NCBI GenBank assembly: GCA_963813485.1
Contig: CAWEZE010000023.1
Coordinates: forward strand, 52,690 to 116,689
Direction: 5' to 3'
Length of the DNA: 64,000 nt
DNA from: an uncultured bacterium
GTDB taxonomy: Bacteria > Actinomycetota > Acidimicrobiia > Acidimicrobiales > VFJN01
Made by a program: the position numbers and the translations under genes. Positions 9,774 to 18,662 of this stretch are shown here, piece after piece. The notes beneath the pieces were generated by a model. It saw only the letters and a list, made by a program, of their open reading frames with translations, was not told the DNA's origin and did no database searches. Positions within the stretch are counted from its first letter, which is position 1. Each line of letters starts with the position of its first letter.

Positions 9774-11435
9774 TCAGTCGCTGCCCCTGCCGCGGCCGTC
9801 GACGCCGGTGTCGCCCTCGCCGTCGTGGACGAGGACGTGGCGGTCGATCGTGGCACCCGTCTCCCCCAGCCCCTTCACGCTGATGCGGTCGTAGGCGAGC
9901 AGCTCACGGGTGTCGGGATCGAAGTACAGCACCGACGCCTGCAGCGGCTTGGGCTCGTCCCCCTGCAGGCCGCGTAGCCCCGCGCCTCCGGTCGAGCCCT
10001 CCACCAACAGCCGGGTGTCCGGAGGTGGCTCCTCGGTCGTGTCGGTGTCGCCGGACCCGTCGTCCTCCTCGGCGGGCTCGATGCGTTCGTCGCTGGGCTG
10101 GTGGGTGTGGCCGGCGAGCACGAGCGGCACCTCGCCCCCGATGTCGGCGGCGATCCGCTCGTCGTGCACCAGCACGACATCGACGTCGGGAGGCTCGGCG
10201 GCGGCCAGCTCTTCGGCGACCTCGGGTGCGAATGCCTCGGCGCGCTCCCGCTCCGACGGCCCGGCGGCCGCCTGGTCCTTGTCCGGCGTGTAGCGGGGAT
10301 CGCCGATACCCCAGAAGCGCAGCCCCGCCACCTCGGCGGCGTCGCCGTCGAGCACCACGGCGTTGGGCTGCTCCGCCACCGCCCGCTGGGTGCTGCGCGA
10401 GTCGTGGTTGCCCCGAACGAAGAGGTAGGGCACCTCGAGATCGCCGATCTGTTCCAGCAACTGGCTCTCGGGCTCGGTCCCCCAGTCGACGATGTCGCCG
10501 GTGTCCGCTATGGCGTCGACGGCGAACTGCTCGGTCAGCTGCTCCATGAGGTCGAAGGCCTGGGGGTTGAGGTGGATGTCGCTCACGTGCAACACCCGGA
10601 TGGTGTCGTCGTCGGGGGCGAAGGTGGGCAGGTCCTCTGCCGCCAGGTAGAGGGTGACGACGTTGCCCACGAGGTCGCTGAGCTGCTCGCGGTACTCCCC
10701 GAATCGATCGATGATGTCCTCCACGTCGCCGACCGCGGTGGGTGCCCGGGAGAGCAGCCCGGTGTAGCGCGGCTCGGCCACGGCATTGGCGTCGAACGTG
10801 GCCGCGGCACCGGCGCCCGCGCCCACGACCAGCAGCGCACCGGTCGCCACCCCGGCCACCGCCGAGCGCCAGCGGAGCCGGGCCGCCAGCGCCCCCACAA
10901 CGCCACCCACGGTCGCCACCAGCAGGCAGCGGAGCACCAGGCGCACCAGCGCGGAGCGAACGTCGTCGGCAACGTCGTCACCGAGGTTGTCGATCACCTG
11001 GGGGTTGTCGGCGATGCGCTCGGCCTCGTCGAGGCCCAGCTCCTCCACCCGGAGGTCGAGGCGGATCGGCCAGTCGTGCGTGTCGAGCTCGATCGTGCCG
11101 AGCGGCGCCAGGTGGACCACGGTGTCGCCGTGCAGCGACGGCCGGGCCCCCATGGTGGTGTCGAACGGCCCGACGTGGGCCGGGACTCGGCCCGCCAGAG
11201 CCAGGGCGCTCGCCGCTCCCACCAGGGCAAACAGGACCACCCGGGCGGTCGGTCCCCAGCGGCGCCGCCATGCGACCCCGTGCTCCGGTTCGCCCGCCGG
11301 CTCCACGGTCTCGGGCGCCGCCTCCCCGGGCTCCGGTGCCTCGGGCGGCGCGTCCTCAGGCCCCGCTGCCTCGGCAGGTGCGAGCCCGTCGCCGTCCGGG
11401 CCGAGGCCCTCGGGCGCGATCCGGCGGTCGTCCAC
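9774..11435 (-). CDS. membrane-associated metallophosphoesterase
   Basis: 553 aa. TM helices are followed by LHVSDIHLN, DTGDIVDWG, VRGNHDS and GHTHQ motifs. Confidence 0.8.
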   Translation of the reverse strand: MDDRRIAPEGLGPDGDGLAPAEAAGPEDAPPEAPEPGEAAPETVEPAGEPEHGVAWRRRWGPTARVVLFALVGAASALALAGRVPAHVGPFDTTMGARPSLHGDTVVHLAPLGTIELDTHDWPIRLDLRVEELGLDEAERIADNPQVIDNLGDDVADDVRSALVRLVLRCLLVATVGGVVGALAARLRWRSAVAGVATGALLVVGAGAGAAATFDANAVAEPRYTGLLSRAPTAVGDVEDIIDRFGEYREQLSDLVGNVVTLYLAAEDLPTFAPDDDTIRVLHVSDIHLNPQAFDLMEQLTEQFAVDAIADTGDIVDWGTEPESQLLEQIGDLEVPYLFVRGNHDSRSTQRAVAEQPNAVVLDGDAAEVAGLRFWGIGDPRYTPDKDQAAAGPSERERAEAFAPEVAEELAAAEPPDVDVVLVHDERIAADIGGEVPLVLAGHTHQPSDERIEPAEEDDGSGDTDTTEEPPPDTRLLVEGSTGGAGLRGLQGDEPKPLQASVLYFDPDTRELLAYDRISVKGLGETGATIDRHVLVHDGEGDTGVDGRGRGSD

Positions 11436-11510
11436 GCACAGATGATTCCGCTACGGCGCCCGAATCGCACCCCCGACGGGTGGAGGTCCTCGCGGTGACC
11501 GCGCCGCGGG

Positions 11511-11837
11511 CTACCGGTTCGATGCGCTCTTGGCTGCGTTCTTGCTGGTCTTGTCGCTCGACGACGTCGGCGTGTCCGAGCCGGCGGACGATCCCGGCTC
11601 GACCGTGGTGGCCACGGTCTCGATGACGTTGTCGGCCGTCTTGGCGAACCGATCCTCCACGGCGTCGCCGATCCTCTTGGCGTCGCGGGTCACGACCTCG
11701 CTGACGTGCCGCACCCGCGGGTTCTCGCGGATGCGCCGGATGGCGTCGTCGACCTGCCGGCGGCGTTCGTCGCTGGCCTTGGCGGCCACCAAGTAGCCGG
11801 CTGCGAACCCGATGGCTGCTCCGAGCTTGAATCTCAT
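11511..11837 (-). CDS. small hypothetical protein with N-terminal hydrophobic helix (YtxH-like look)
   Basis: 108 aa: MRFKLGAAIGFAAGYLVAAKA followed by a charged helical region. Confidence 0.5.
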   Translation of the reverse strand: MRFKLGAAIGFAAGYLVAAKASDERRRQVDDAIRRIRENPRVRHVSEVVTRDAKRIGDAVEDRFAKTADNVIETVATTVEPGSSAGSDTPTSSSDKTSKNAAKSASNR

Positions 11838-11918
11838 GCTCCGCGGTTACCCGCCCACGGCGGTGTTAATCACCTACCCCATTCGGCTCGCCATCCCGGG
11901 TAGCATCGCGGGACCGAC

Positions 11919-12089
11919 GTGACCGACGTGTCGGAGGATGAGCTCCGCGAGCTCGTGGAGTCCCCGCCGCAGCTCGACAGCCTGCACCGGGTCTGGGTCA
12001 CACCGAGCGACCGCAAGCGCTGCACCTACGTCACCCGCGACGAGCAGCCGGTCGCCGACAGCCACGACAACGGGCTGCTCCGCTTCTAG
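11919..12089 (+). CDS. possible 56-aa ORF, below the track length cutoff
   Basis: GTG 11919 then TDVSEDELRELVESPPQLDSLHRVWVTPSDRKRCTYVTRDEQPVADSHDNGLLRF and TAG 12087-12089. GC3 is uniformly high and it sits in an otherwise unassigned gap. Confidence 0.25.
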   Translation: MTDVSEDELRELVESPPQLDSLHRVWVTPSDRKRCTYVTRDEQPVADSHDNGLLRF

Positions 12090-12127
12090 CGCAACGTCCG
12101 CGGTCGGGCATCGGGCGCCACTGCGGC

Positions 12128-12487
12128 TCACGCCTGGCCCTCGGCCACGCCCGCGGGGCGCTCGCCCTGCACGACCGTGCGCTGCACCCAGCGGTAGCCG
12201 GCCGCAGCCGTGACGGTGGCGATCTCGATCGGCCCGCCGACCCCCGGCCACGAGAACTCCGGTGCCATCGCCACCGTCCCGAGCGTGAGCCGCTGCACGT
12301 CGATGGTCGTACGGATGCACAGGACGGCGAAGTCGATGCCGTCCTGCAGGTTCATCGAGTCGAAGGGGATCCGGTAGCGGCACGCCTCGAGCATGGGCAT
12401 CACCTCGTGCAGCTCCTTGGCCATGTCCTGTGTCGCGGCCAGGCGCTCCAGCAACTCGAGGTCGGACCCCCGCACCATGCGGGTCAC
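12128..12487 (-). CDS. hypothetical protein
   Basis: 119 aa with non-biased composition and high GC3 (MTRMVRGSDLELLERLAATQDMAKELHEVMPMLEACRYRIPFDS...). It lies downstream of the DUF6285-like gene on the same strand. Confidence 0.5.
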   Translation of the reverse strand: MTRMVRGSDLELLERLAATQDMAKELHEVMPMLEACRYRIPFDSMNLQDGIDFAVLCIRTTIDVQRLTLGTVAMAPEFSWPGVGGPIEIATVTAAAGYRWVQRTVVQGERPAGVAEGQA

Positions 12488-12550
12488 GACGTCGGTCTGG
12501 CCCCGCCATGCCGCCCCACCCCCGTTCTGGGTCGTGGCGGCGCCTGCCGG

Positions 12551-12889
12551 TCACGCGTAGTCGGGATTGGCGACGGCCAGCTTGTCGGCAACGGTCGCGC
12601 GGACGACGGCCGCCACCTCGTCCCACCGGTCGTCGCAGGCGCCCGACCGGATCGCGGCCGCCAGCTCCGCATCCGAACCGAACCCGAGCGCCGCCAGGCG
12701 CTCCGCGTGGTCCGCGGCCATCCGATCCGCCGACGCGAGCTCGCGCTCGACGATGGCCAGTGCTCGGGCCGCCACCCGGGCGTGGAACCGCACCCGCCCC
12801 TCGGTGGCGTCGGCAACGTCACCCTCGAGGAACTCACGCACGGCAGCCAGCAGCTCGACCGCACTCGGCGCGTCGTGCGGCGCGTTCAT
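12551..12889 (-). CDS. DUF6285-like protein
   Basis: This is the last 112 aa of track ORF 12551..13897 (MNAPHDAPSAVELLAAVREFLEGDV...). That family typically follows a phosphotransferase gene. Confidence 0.6.
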   Translation of the reverse strand: MNAPHDAPSAVELLAAVREFLEGDVADATEGRVRFHARVAARALAIVERELASADRMAADHAERLAALGFGSDAELAAAIRSGACDDRWDEVAAVVRATVADKLAVANPDYA

Positions 12890-13017
12890 TGCTTCCCGCT
12901 CTTGCTGCTGCGCAGCGGGCCGCTCGGGCTCCGACGCGTTGTCTCCCGCTCTCGCCGCCTCCGGCGGCGGGCCGCTCGGGCCCCGGGGCTCGCTCTCTCG
13001 CCCCTTGGGACGCTCGC

Positions 13018-14001
13018 TCACGGCACCAGGAGGAGGAGGTCGTGCTCCACCTCGCACACCCGCCGGCCGATCGCGGCCAGCTCTACCGAGCGGACCGTGC
13101 CCGACAAGTGGGTCGCCGCCTGCAGCATGCACATGACCCCCCACTTGAGCGTGCCCATCGCCTCCCACCAGGCCAGGGCGTCGCGGTCCACCGCGCCGGT
13201 CGAGCCCGGAGCTGCCTCGTATGCCGCCACCAGCTCGTCCACCTCGCCGAACCCGCCCACCCTCGGCGACGCCCCGAACCGCCACGCCCGCACGCACAGC
13301 CAGCCCAGGTCTTCGAGCGGATCGCCGAGGTGGGCAAGCTCCCAGTCGAGCACCGCCCGCAGCCCGTCGGCGCCCACCACCAGGTTGCCGTTGCGGAAGT
13401 CGCCGTGGACCACCGTGTCGGCCCGGGTGGGCGGTCGGTTGCGCTCGAGCCAGCGGAACCCCAGCTCGAACGCGGGGTGGGGCTCGTTCATGGCGTCGAG
13501 CAGCTCGCGGAACCGCTCGAACTGGTCGGTGGGGTCGAGGCCGGAAACGCTCTCGCGATCGATGCTGTGGACCGCGGCGAGGGCCCGGCCGCACTGTGCC
13601 GCGAGCAACGGCCGGGCCGAGGCGTACTCCGGATCGCGCAGGATCCGACGGGGAATGGTCTCCCCCTCGATCCGCTCCACCACCATCCACGACCGCCCGA
13701 GGAGCCCGGGGTCGACGGCGTTGCCGCCGAGGTCGCCCTCGACCTCGCCTCCGGACAGGACGACGGCCGGCACCGGAACGCCGGCCTCCCGGGCCGCCCG
13801 CAGCAGCTCCACCTCGGTCGTCAGCGCCGCGCTCGTCACGCCCCCCGGTCGCGCCCGCTGCAGGATGAGCGGCCGGCCATCGGCGTCGAGCGCCCACGTC
13901 TCCCGCGAGGCGCCGCCCGACAGCCGGCGCAGCCCCCGCACGTCGTGGGCGCCGAGGGTCGCAGCCAGCGCCTCGGCCCAGGCCGGGACGGTGGCCGTCA
14001 C
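13018..14001 (-). CDS. phosphotransferase family protein (APH/choline-kinase fold)
   Basis: 327 aa. HGDFRNGNLVV and VLDWELAHLGDPLEDLGW are the catalytic and Mg-binding motifs. Confidence 0.85.
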   Translation of the reverse strand: MTATVPAWAEALAATLGAHDVRGLRRLSGGASRETWALDADGRPLILQRARPGGVTSAALTTEVELLRAAREAGVPVPAVVLSGGEVEGDLGGNAVDPGLLGRSWMVVERIEGETIPRRILRDPEYASARPLLAAQCGRALAAVHSIDRESVSGLDPTDQFERFRELLDAMNEPHPAFELGFRWLERNRPPTRADTVVHGDFRNGNLVVGADGLRAVLDWELAHLGDPLEDLGWLCVRAWRFGASPRVGGFGEVDELVAAYEAAPGSTGAVDRDALAWWEAMGTLKWGVMCMLQAATHLSGTVRSVELAAIGRRVCEVEHDLLLLVP

Positions 14002-14014
14002 GATCCGTCGGGCG

Positions 14015-15019
14015 TCATTCGATCGGCACCAGGGCCCGGCCCTCGTCGTCGAGCTGGTGCAGGTACTCGCTGATCCCGTAGCCGGTGCGCCCCTCGTATG
14101 TCCACTGCGCCAGTCCTTCGTTCACGACCGTGTAGCGATCGCCGGTCTTGTGGGGCACGCCGTAGACCCGCAGGACGTCGCCCCGCAGCTCGTGCACGCG
14201 GTCGCGCTTGTCGGTTGCGCGCACGTGGCTGACGCGATGGGTGACCCCGTCGTCGGCCAGCTCGCTGCTGACATGCCAGTCGCGGATCGACGTCGCCTCG
14301 CCGTCCTTCCAGACCCACCCCCGGTGGAGGTCGCCGGCGGCGGTCCCGATGCGGATCCCGCCGAAGTGCACGTCGTCGCCGACGTTCACCGAGAACCAGC
14401 GCCACATCTGCGGCCCACCCCAGCGGCGTGGCCCCCACGACTTGTCGCGGTTCCCCCGGGCCGACCCCGGGTCGAGCTGCCAGGCGTCGCCATCCCAGGT
14501 GATCGTCCCGGACCAGGCGCCGGCCTGCTCGAGGTGGCCCTTGCCCACGGTGGCGGCCGTGGAGACGGCGCTGTCGTCGGACCGGTCGGCCCGGCCCTGC
14601 CCGTCCGTGCCGATGGCCGGCGTGAGGGCCTCGAAGATCAGGTCCAGCGTCAGCCGGCCCGGGCGTCCGGCCGCGCTCGTGGGCGTCGACCCCAGCTCCA
14701 GCACCTGGGCGTCGGCATCGGCGGTGAGCCGCCACCTCCGCATCGGCTCGACCCGCTCGTAGCGGACGCCCGCCACGTCGAGGTCGTCGTCGGTCATCAC
14801 CCGCTGCTCGCGCATGCCCCGGACGTTGGCGATGCGGTTGCCGGGCAACCAGACCGACAGCCCGACGTCCATCGTGCCCTCGTTGGGCCGCACGCCGATG
14901 CGGGTGAACAGCCCGGCGTCGACCACAGGGTCGTAGGCGTTGAAGTAGTACGACTCGCTCCACGCCGAGTCGCCCTCGACCTCGTGGGCGAAGTCGTGGT
15001 TGGCGTCCAGGATCGGCAC
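14015..15019 (-). CDS. conserved hypothetical protein
   Basis: 334 aa with normal composition (MPILDANHDFAHEVEGDSAWSESYYFNAYDP...). It is in an operon position with the phosphotransferase. No confident family call. Confidence 0.6.
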   Translation of the reverse strand: MPILDANHDFAHEVEGDSAWSESYYFNAYDPVVDAGLFTRIGVRPNEGTMDVGLSVWLPGNRIANVRGMREQRVMTDDDLDVAGVRYERVEPMRRWRLTADADAQVLELGSTPTSAAGRPGRLTLDLIFEALTPAIGTDGQGRADRSDDSAVSTAATVGKGHLEQAGAWSGTITWDGDAWQLDPGSARGNRDKSWGPRRWGGPQMWRWFSVNVGDDVHFGGIRIGTAAGDLHRGWVWKDGEATSIRDWHVSSELADDGVTHRVSHVRATDKRDRVHELRGDVLRVYGVPHKTGDRYTVVNEGLAQWTYEGRTGYGISEYLHQLDDEGRALVPIE

Positions 15020-15107
15020 GGCGTCCCCTCCCCGTCGCGGCTTGCCGGTGTCGCTACCTGTCTAATGGGGCGGCTCGTGACGCTCCACTAACGCCGGCGT
15101 ACCGTCG

Positions 15108-16061
15108 TCACGCCGCGAACGGCAGGCGCCCGCCCGGGCGGGGCCAGTCGAAGGCGACGAGCTGGCCGGTGCCCGAGAGCGTGGCGAAGGCGGTGCGACC
15201 CTCGGGCGCGAAGCAGATGTTGGTGGTGAGCGGGTCGGGAAGGGGCGTGTACTCCGCCTCGTCGCCGTCGGGCGAGAAGGCGGTGATCCCGGGGCTGGCC
15301 CCCAGCGTCGCCACGCAGATCCAGCCCTCGCCGTCGACGGCCAGCGAGTCGAAGAAGGCGCCCCCGCCGGGGTTGGCGACCAGCTCGGCGCCGCGCGGGC
15401 CCACCGGGCCGGAGCCACTCACCACGCCGGGACCGGTGACGTCCCAGCCCCAGAGGCGCCCGGTGTGCGTCTCGGCGACGTACAGGCGGTCGCCTACCGG
15501 CGACAGTCCGATGCCATTGGGGGCGTCGACCGGGAAGACGGCGACGCACGCCTCGCTGCCATCGGGCCGGGAGTAGTGGATGCCCGTACGGTCGCTGGTG
15601 CGCTCCTCACGGACGCCGTGATCGGTGAACCAGATGCCGCCGTCGGCGTCGAACACCAGGTCGTTCGGGGCCCGCACGGGGTATCCGCCGCACTCGGTCA
15701 GGATCGTGGTCACCTCGCCGGTGGCGAGGTCGACCCGCTGGAGCGATCCGTGGCCGGGCCATCCCGCCGGGGGCGGCGACCCGGGGAAGGTGAGGCCGAG
15801 GCGTTCCTGCCAGTCGAAGCAGCCGCCGTTGTTGCAGACGTAGATGGCGCCGTCCGGACCGACGGCAGCGCCGTTGGGGCCGCCGCCGCACTCGGCAACC
15901 ACCTCGAGGGCACCGTCGGGCTGGACGCGGGTCAGCGTCCCCCTGGCGATCTCGACCACGAGCACCGATCCGTCGGCCATGGCGACCGGGCCCTCCGGGA
16001 ATCGGAGCCCGGTGGCGACGACTCGCAGGTTGGATGGCTCGACGGTACGGGTCTTGTGCAT
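15108..16061 (-). CDS. SMP-30/gluconolactonase/LRE family protein
   Basis: ATG 16061 lies inside track ORF 15108..16427 (317 aa). Motifs: RFPEGPV, PNGAAVGPDG, APNDLVFDADGGIWFTD, PNGIGLSP. Confidence 0.85.
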   Translation of the reverse strand: MHKTRTVEPSNLRVVATGLRFPEGPVAMADGSVLVVEIARGTLTRVQPDGALEVVAECGGGPNGAAVGPDGAIYVCNNGGCFDWQERLGLTFPGSPPPAGWPGHGSLQRVDLATGEVTTILTECGGYPVRAPNDLVFDADGGIWFTDHGVREERTSDRTGIHYSRPDGSEACVAVFPVDAPNGIGLSPVGDRLYVAETHTGRLWGWDVTGPGVVSGSGPVGPRGAELVANPGGGAFFDSLAVDGEGWICVATLGASPGITAFSPDGDEAEYTPLPDPLTTNICFAPEGRTAFATLSGTGQLVAFDWPRPGGRLPFAA

Positions 16062-16194
16062 GGCGGCGCAGTCTGCCAGCGTTCGAGCGGCGGTGCCCGG
16101 CTCCCAGCACTGGGGATGAGACCTCCGCCGGAGGACGACCGATCGTCGGTGCGGCGACGGGCAACCGGACACCGGGCACGCCAACGGAGGGGCC

Positions 16195-16776
16195 GTGCCA
16201 AGGACCGTGCGACGCCAAGTGGTTGCCAGCACCCTCGGAGTAGCGCTCCTGCTCTCCGCGTGCGGTGGCGACGACGACGACGCCGGCGGCGGGAATGCGG
16301 GTGGCGGAACCACGACCACAGCGGCCGCCGATGCCGCGGCCGGCGCCACGACCACGGTGGCGGCCGGCGCGACGACCACGACGACCGTGGCTCCGATCGA
16401 CGACGACGCGGTTCCCGACCCGTGCACGCTGATCGCGGCACCGGAGCTGGCGATGATGCTGGCGGGCGATCCCGGGGCCGGCGAGCCGTCGGCCTACGAC
16501 CCCGAGCAGCGGAGGATCTGCCTCTACGCCTCGGGCGTGATCCTCGCCGTCGAGCTGGCCGACCATTACGACACGGCGATCGACATCATCCGGGACGAGA
16601 CGGGTGAGGATTCGGTCCAGGAGGTGTCGGGGGTCGGGAACGCCGCGGTCTGGCAGGACATCGGCGACGGCATGGGCCAGTTCATCGCCCAGGGCGATGA
16701 CTACTTCGTCGGTGTCACGCTTCCCGCCGGGGGCCAGGACGTCGGTCAGGTGGTGGCCGAAGCGATGCTCGTGTGA
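16195..16776 (+). CDS. secreted lipoprotein (DUF3558-like)
   Basis: 193 aa with the signal plus lipobox VALLLSAC, a Gly/Thr/Ala-rich linker, then a globular domain. Confidence 0.7.
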   Translation: MPRTVRRQVVASTLGVALLLSACGGDDDDAGGGNAGGGTTTTAAADAAAGATTTVAAGATTTTTVAPIDDDAVPDPCTLIAAPELAMMLAGDPGAGEPSAYDPEQRRICLYASGVILAVELADHYDTAIDIIRDETGEDSVQEVSGVGNAAVWQDIGDGMGQFIAQGDDYFVGVTLPAGGQDVGQVVAEAMLV

Positions 16777-17270
16777 TGGCCGACGCACGGTGGATAGACG
16801 AGCAGCGCCTCGAAGTTGGCGGTGCGCTGTTCCTGGTGACAGCGGTACCGCTGGGCGCGGCCCCAGACGAGTTCGTCATCATCAAGACACCTGATGTGGT
16901 GCGCCGATACCTTGCGCTGCTCAGCCGCGAGAAGCCCAGCCGGATCGTTGAACTCGGTGTGAAGGAGGCGGGATCCACAGCCCTCATCGCCATGGCAGCG
17001 GAGCCGGACGTGCTGCTCGCTGTCGACCTGGCGGCCGAGATCCCCTCACTGCTCGCGCGACTCGTCGAGTCCGAGAATCTGCAACACCGATTGATCACGG
17101 CGTTTGGTCTCGACCAAGCTGACCGAGCTGGGCTCACTCGCTTCATCGACTCGCATCTTCCCGACGAGCGGATCGACTTGGTGGTGGACGACGCCTCCCA
17201 TGTCCTCGGCCCGACGAGGACGTCGTTCGAGGTCCTGTTTCCTCGACTTCGGCCCGGCGGCTTGTATTCG
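16773..17270 (+). pseudogene. 3'-truncated class I methyltransferase (cephalosporin-hydroxylase-like fold), fused in frame to the next gene
   Basis: IVELGVKEAGSTALIAM...DLVVDDASH...RLRPGGLY, then the family sequence stops. It is replaced by 26 nonsense-looking residues (SRPCSRYRRVGRRVTSVSLPFALPAA). This patch has visibly lower GC. Confidence 0.5.
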
Positions 17271-17345
17271 CGGCCCTGTAGCAGGTACCGGCGGGTAGGA
17301 AGGAGAGTGACATCGGTGAGCTTGCCGTTCGCCCTGCCTGCTGCC

Positions 17346-17558
17346 ATGAACCGGATAACCGTCGAATCCCGCACCGTCGCCAGCGCCAGCTACGACGACC
17401 CCTCGTCGACGATGGAGCTCGAGTTCGTCGAGGGGCGCGTCTACCGGTACTTCGTCGTGCCACGATCGGTGTTCGATGCCCTCCTCACAGCCGACTCCAT
17501 CGGAAGGTTCTTCCACGAGCACATCCGCGACGTCTACCCGTTCGAGCGGATCCGCTGA
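17346..17558 (+). CDS. KTSC domain protein
   Basis: 70 aa: MNRITVESRTVASASYDDPSSTMELEFVEGRVYRYFVVPRSVFDALLTADSIGRFFHEHIRDVYPFERIR, a typical KTSC domain. It is in the same frame as the truncated methyltransferase. Confidence 0.7.
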   Translation: MNRITVESRTVASASYDDPSSTMELEFVEGRVYRYFVVPRSVFDALLTADSIGRFFHEHIRDVYPFERIR

Positions 17559-18099
17559 CCGGGCGCACGTCGTCGTCGTCGGGTCGATGGCCGTCGGCAA
17601 GTCGACGGTCGGGCGGGCGCTGGCCGCCCGGCTCGGCCGGCCGTTCCGCGACAGCGACGACGACCTGGCGGCGACGCGCGGCCTGACCGGTCGTGCCCTG
17701 GCCGAACGGGAGGGCGTCGATGCTCTCCACCGCTGGGAGGCCGAGCACTTGCTGACGGCGCTGGCCGGGACGCAGCCAGCCGTGGTCGCTGCGGCCGCCA
17801 GCGTGGTGGACGACACCGCGTGTTTGGCGGCGCTGCGGGAACCGTTCGTCGTGTGGCTCCGGGCCCCCGCCGGCGTCCTGGCCCAGCGGATGGCGGGCGG
17901 CGCGGGGGCCGACGATCACCGCCGGCCGCTCGGGGACACCAACGCCGTCGCCGAGCTCGAGGCCCGCCGGGCCGACCGCTTCGGCGCCGTGGCCGACCTG
18001 ACGATCGACACGGTCACCGATGGCACCACGACCAGTCCGGACGCGATCGTGGCGGCGATAATCGCCGCGCTGGACCCCGCGGCGCCGGGGTCCCGGTGA
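17476..18099 (+). CDS. shikimate-kinase-like P-loop kinase
   Basis: It has the P-loop VVVVGSMAVGKSTVG, RDSDD, and a lid region. The only in-frame canonical start upstream of the P-loop is ATG 17476, which is 83 nt inside the KTSC gene. Confidence 0.65.
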   Translation: MPSSQPTPSEGSSTSTSATSTRSSGSADRAHVVVVGSMAVGKSTVGRALAARLGRPFRDSDDDLAATRGLTGRALAEREGVDALHRWEAEHLLTALAGTQPAVVAAAASVVDDTACLAALREPFVVWLRAPAGVLAQRMAGGAGADDHRRPLGDTNAVAELEARRADRFGAVADLTIDTVTDGTTTSPDAIVAAIIAALDPAAPGSR

Positions 18100-18172
18100 C
18101 GGCCGGCTTCCGGGTGGTCGAGGCGATCAGCAGCCGGGCGGCGACCCTGACCTCGACAACCTCCCGCCGGTA

Positions 18173-18186
18173 AGGACCTTCGGCCC
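18173..18186 (+). promoter_or_regulatory. DosR/DevR-box-like dyad A (AGGACCTTCGGCCC)
   Basis: One of six copies of rGGAC-CTTS-GnCCC. Its centre is 42.5 nt upstream of GTG 18222. Confidence 0.5.
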
Positions 18187-18188
18187 TG

Positions 18189-18662
18189 GTGGTCAGGGGT
18201 CTGCCGGCCCACGATCAAGCAGTGGAAGTGGACCGCAACGGCTTGGAGGTGCTCAGTCGCGAGGCGTGCCTGCGGTTGCTCGCCACCGCCACCCTCGGTC
18301 GGCTGGGGGTCAGCAGCGGCGCGCTGCCGCGTGTGTTGCCGGTGAACTTCCGGTTCGACGGCCGCCAGATCCTGATCCGGACCGGTGTCGGGACCAAGCT
18401 CGACGCCGCCGTCGACAACTCGGTAGTGGCGTTCGAGATCGACGAGATCGACCCGGTGGCGCACACCGGCTGGAGCGTCATGGTCACCGGCATGGCCCGG
18501 GAGCTGACCGACCCCGGCGAGCTGGCGGTGGCCCGGACGCCACCGCTCGCCCGGTGGGCCCCGGGGGACGAGCACCGCGTGATCGCGATCTCGACGGAGC
18601 TCGTCTCGGGGCGGCGCATCGTGCCCGGGCTGGCGGTGCCCGCCGCGGCGGACCGGCAATGA
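18189..18662 (+). CDS. pyridoxamine 5'-phosphate oxidase (PPOX) family protein, paralog 1
   Basis: LEVLSREACLRLLATATLGRLGV...LPVNFRFDGRQILIRTGVGTKL...GWSVMVTG. The track start is GTG 18189. I favour in-frame GTG 18222 because the dyad abuts 18189. Confidence 0.8.
   Translation: MVRGLPAHDQAVEVDRNGLEVLSREACLRLLATATLGRLGVSSGALPRVLPVNFRFDGRQILIRTGVGTKLDAAVDNSVVAFEIDEIDPVAHTGWSVMVTGMARELTDPGELAVARTPPLARWAPGDEHRVIAISTELVSGRRIVPGLAVPAAADRQ

Noticed and set aside
12407-15091. 894-aa plus-strand ORF. Similar long ORFs are 19499..21043, 21491..23449, 35471..37180, 59814..61664 and 40782..43244 upstream of 42404.
   Set aside because: They lie antisense to, or out of frame with, well-supported genes. 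They have Arg/Pro/Gly/Ala-rich composition and no recognisable motifs. This is the typical lack of stops in a GC-rich genome.
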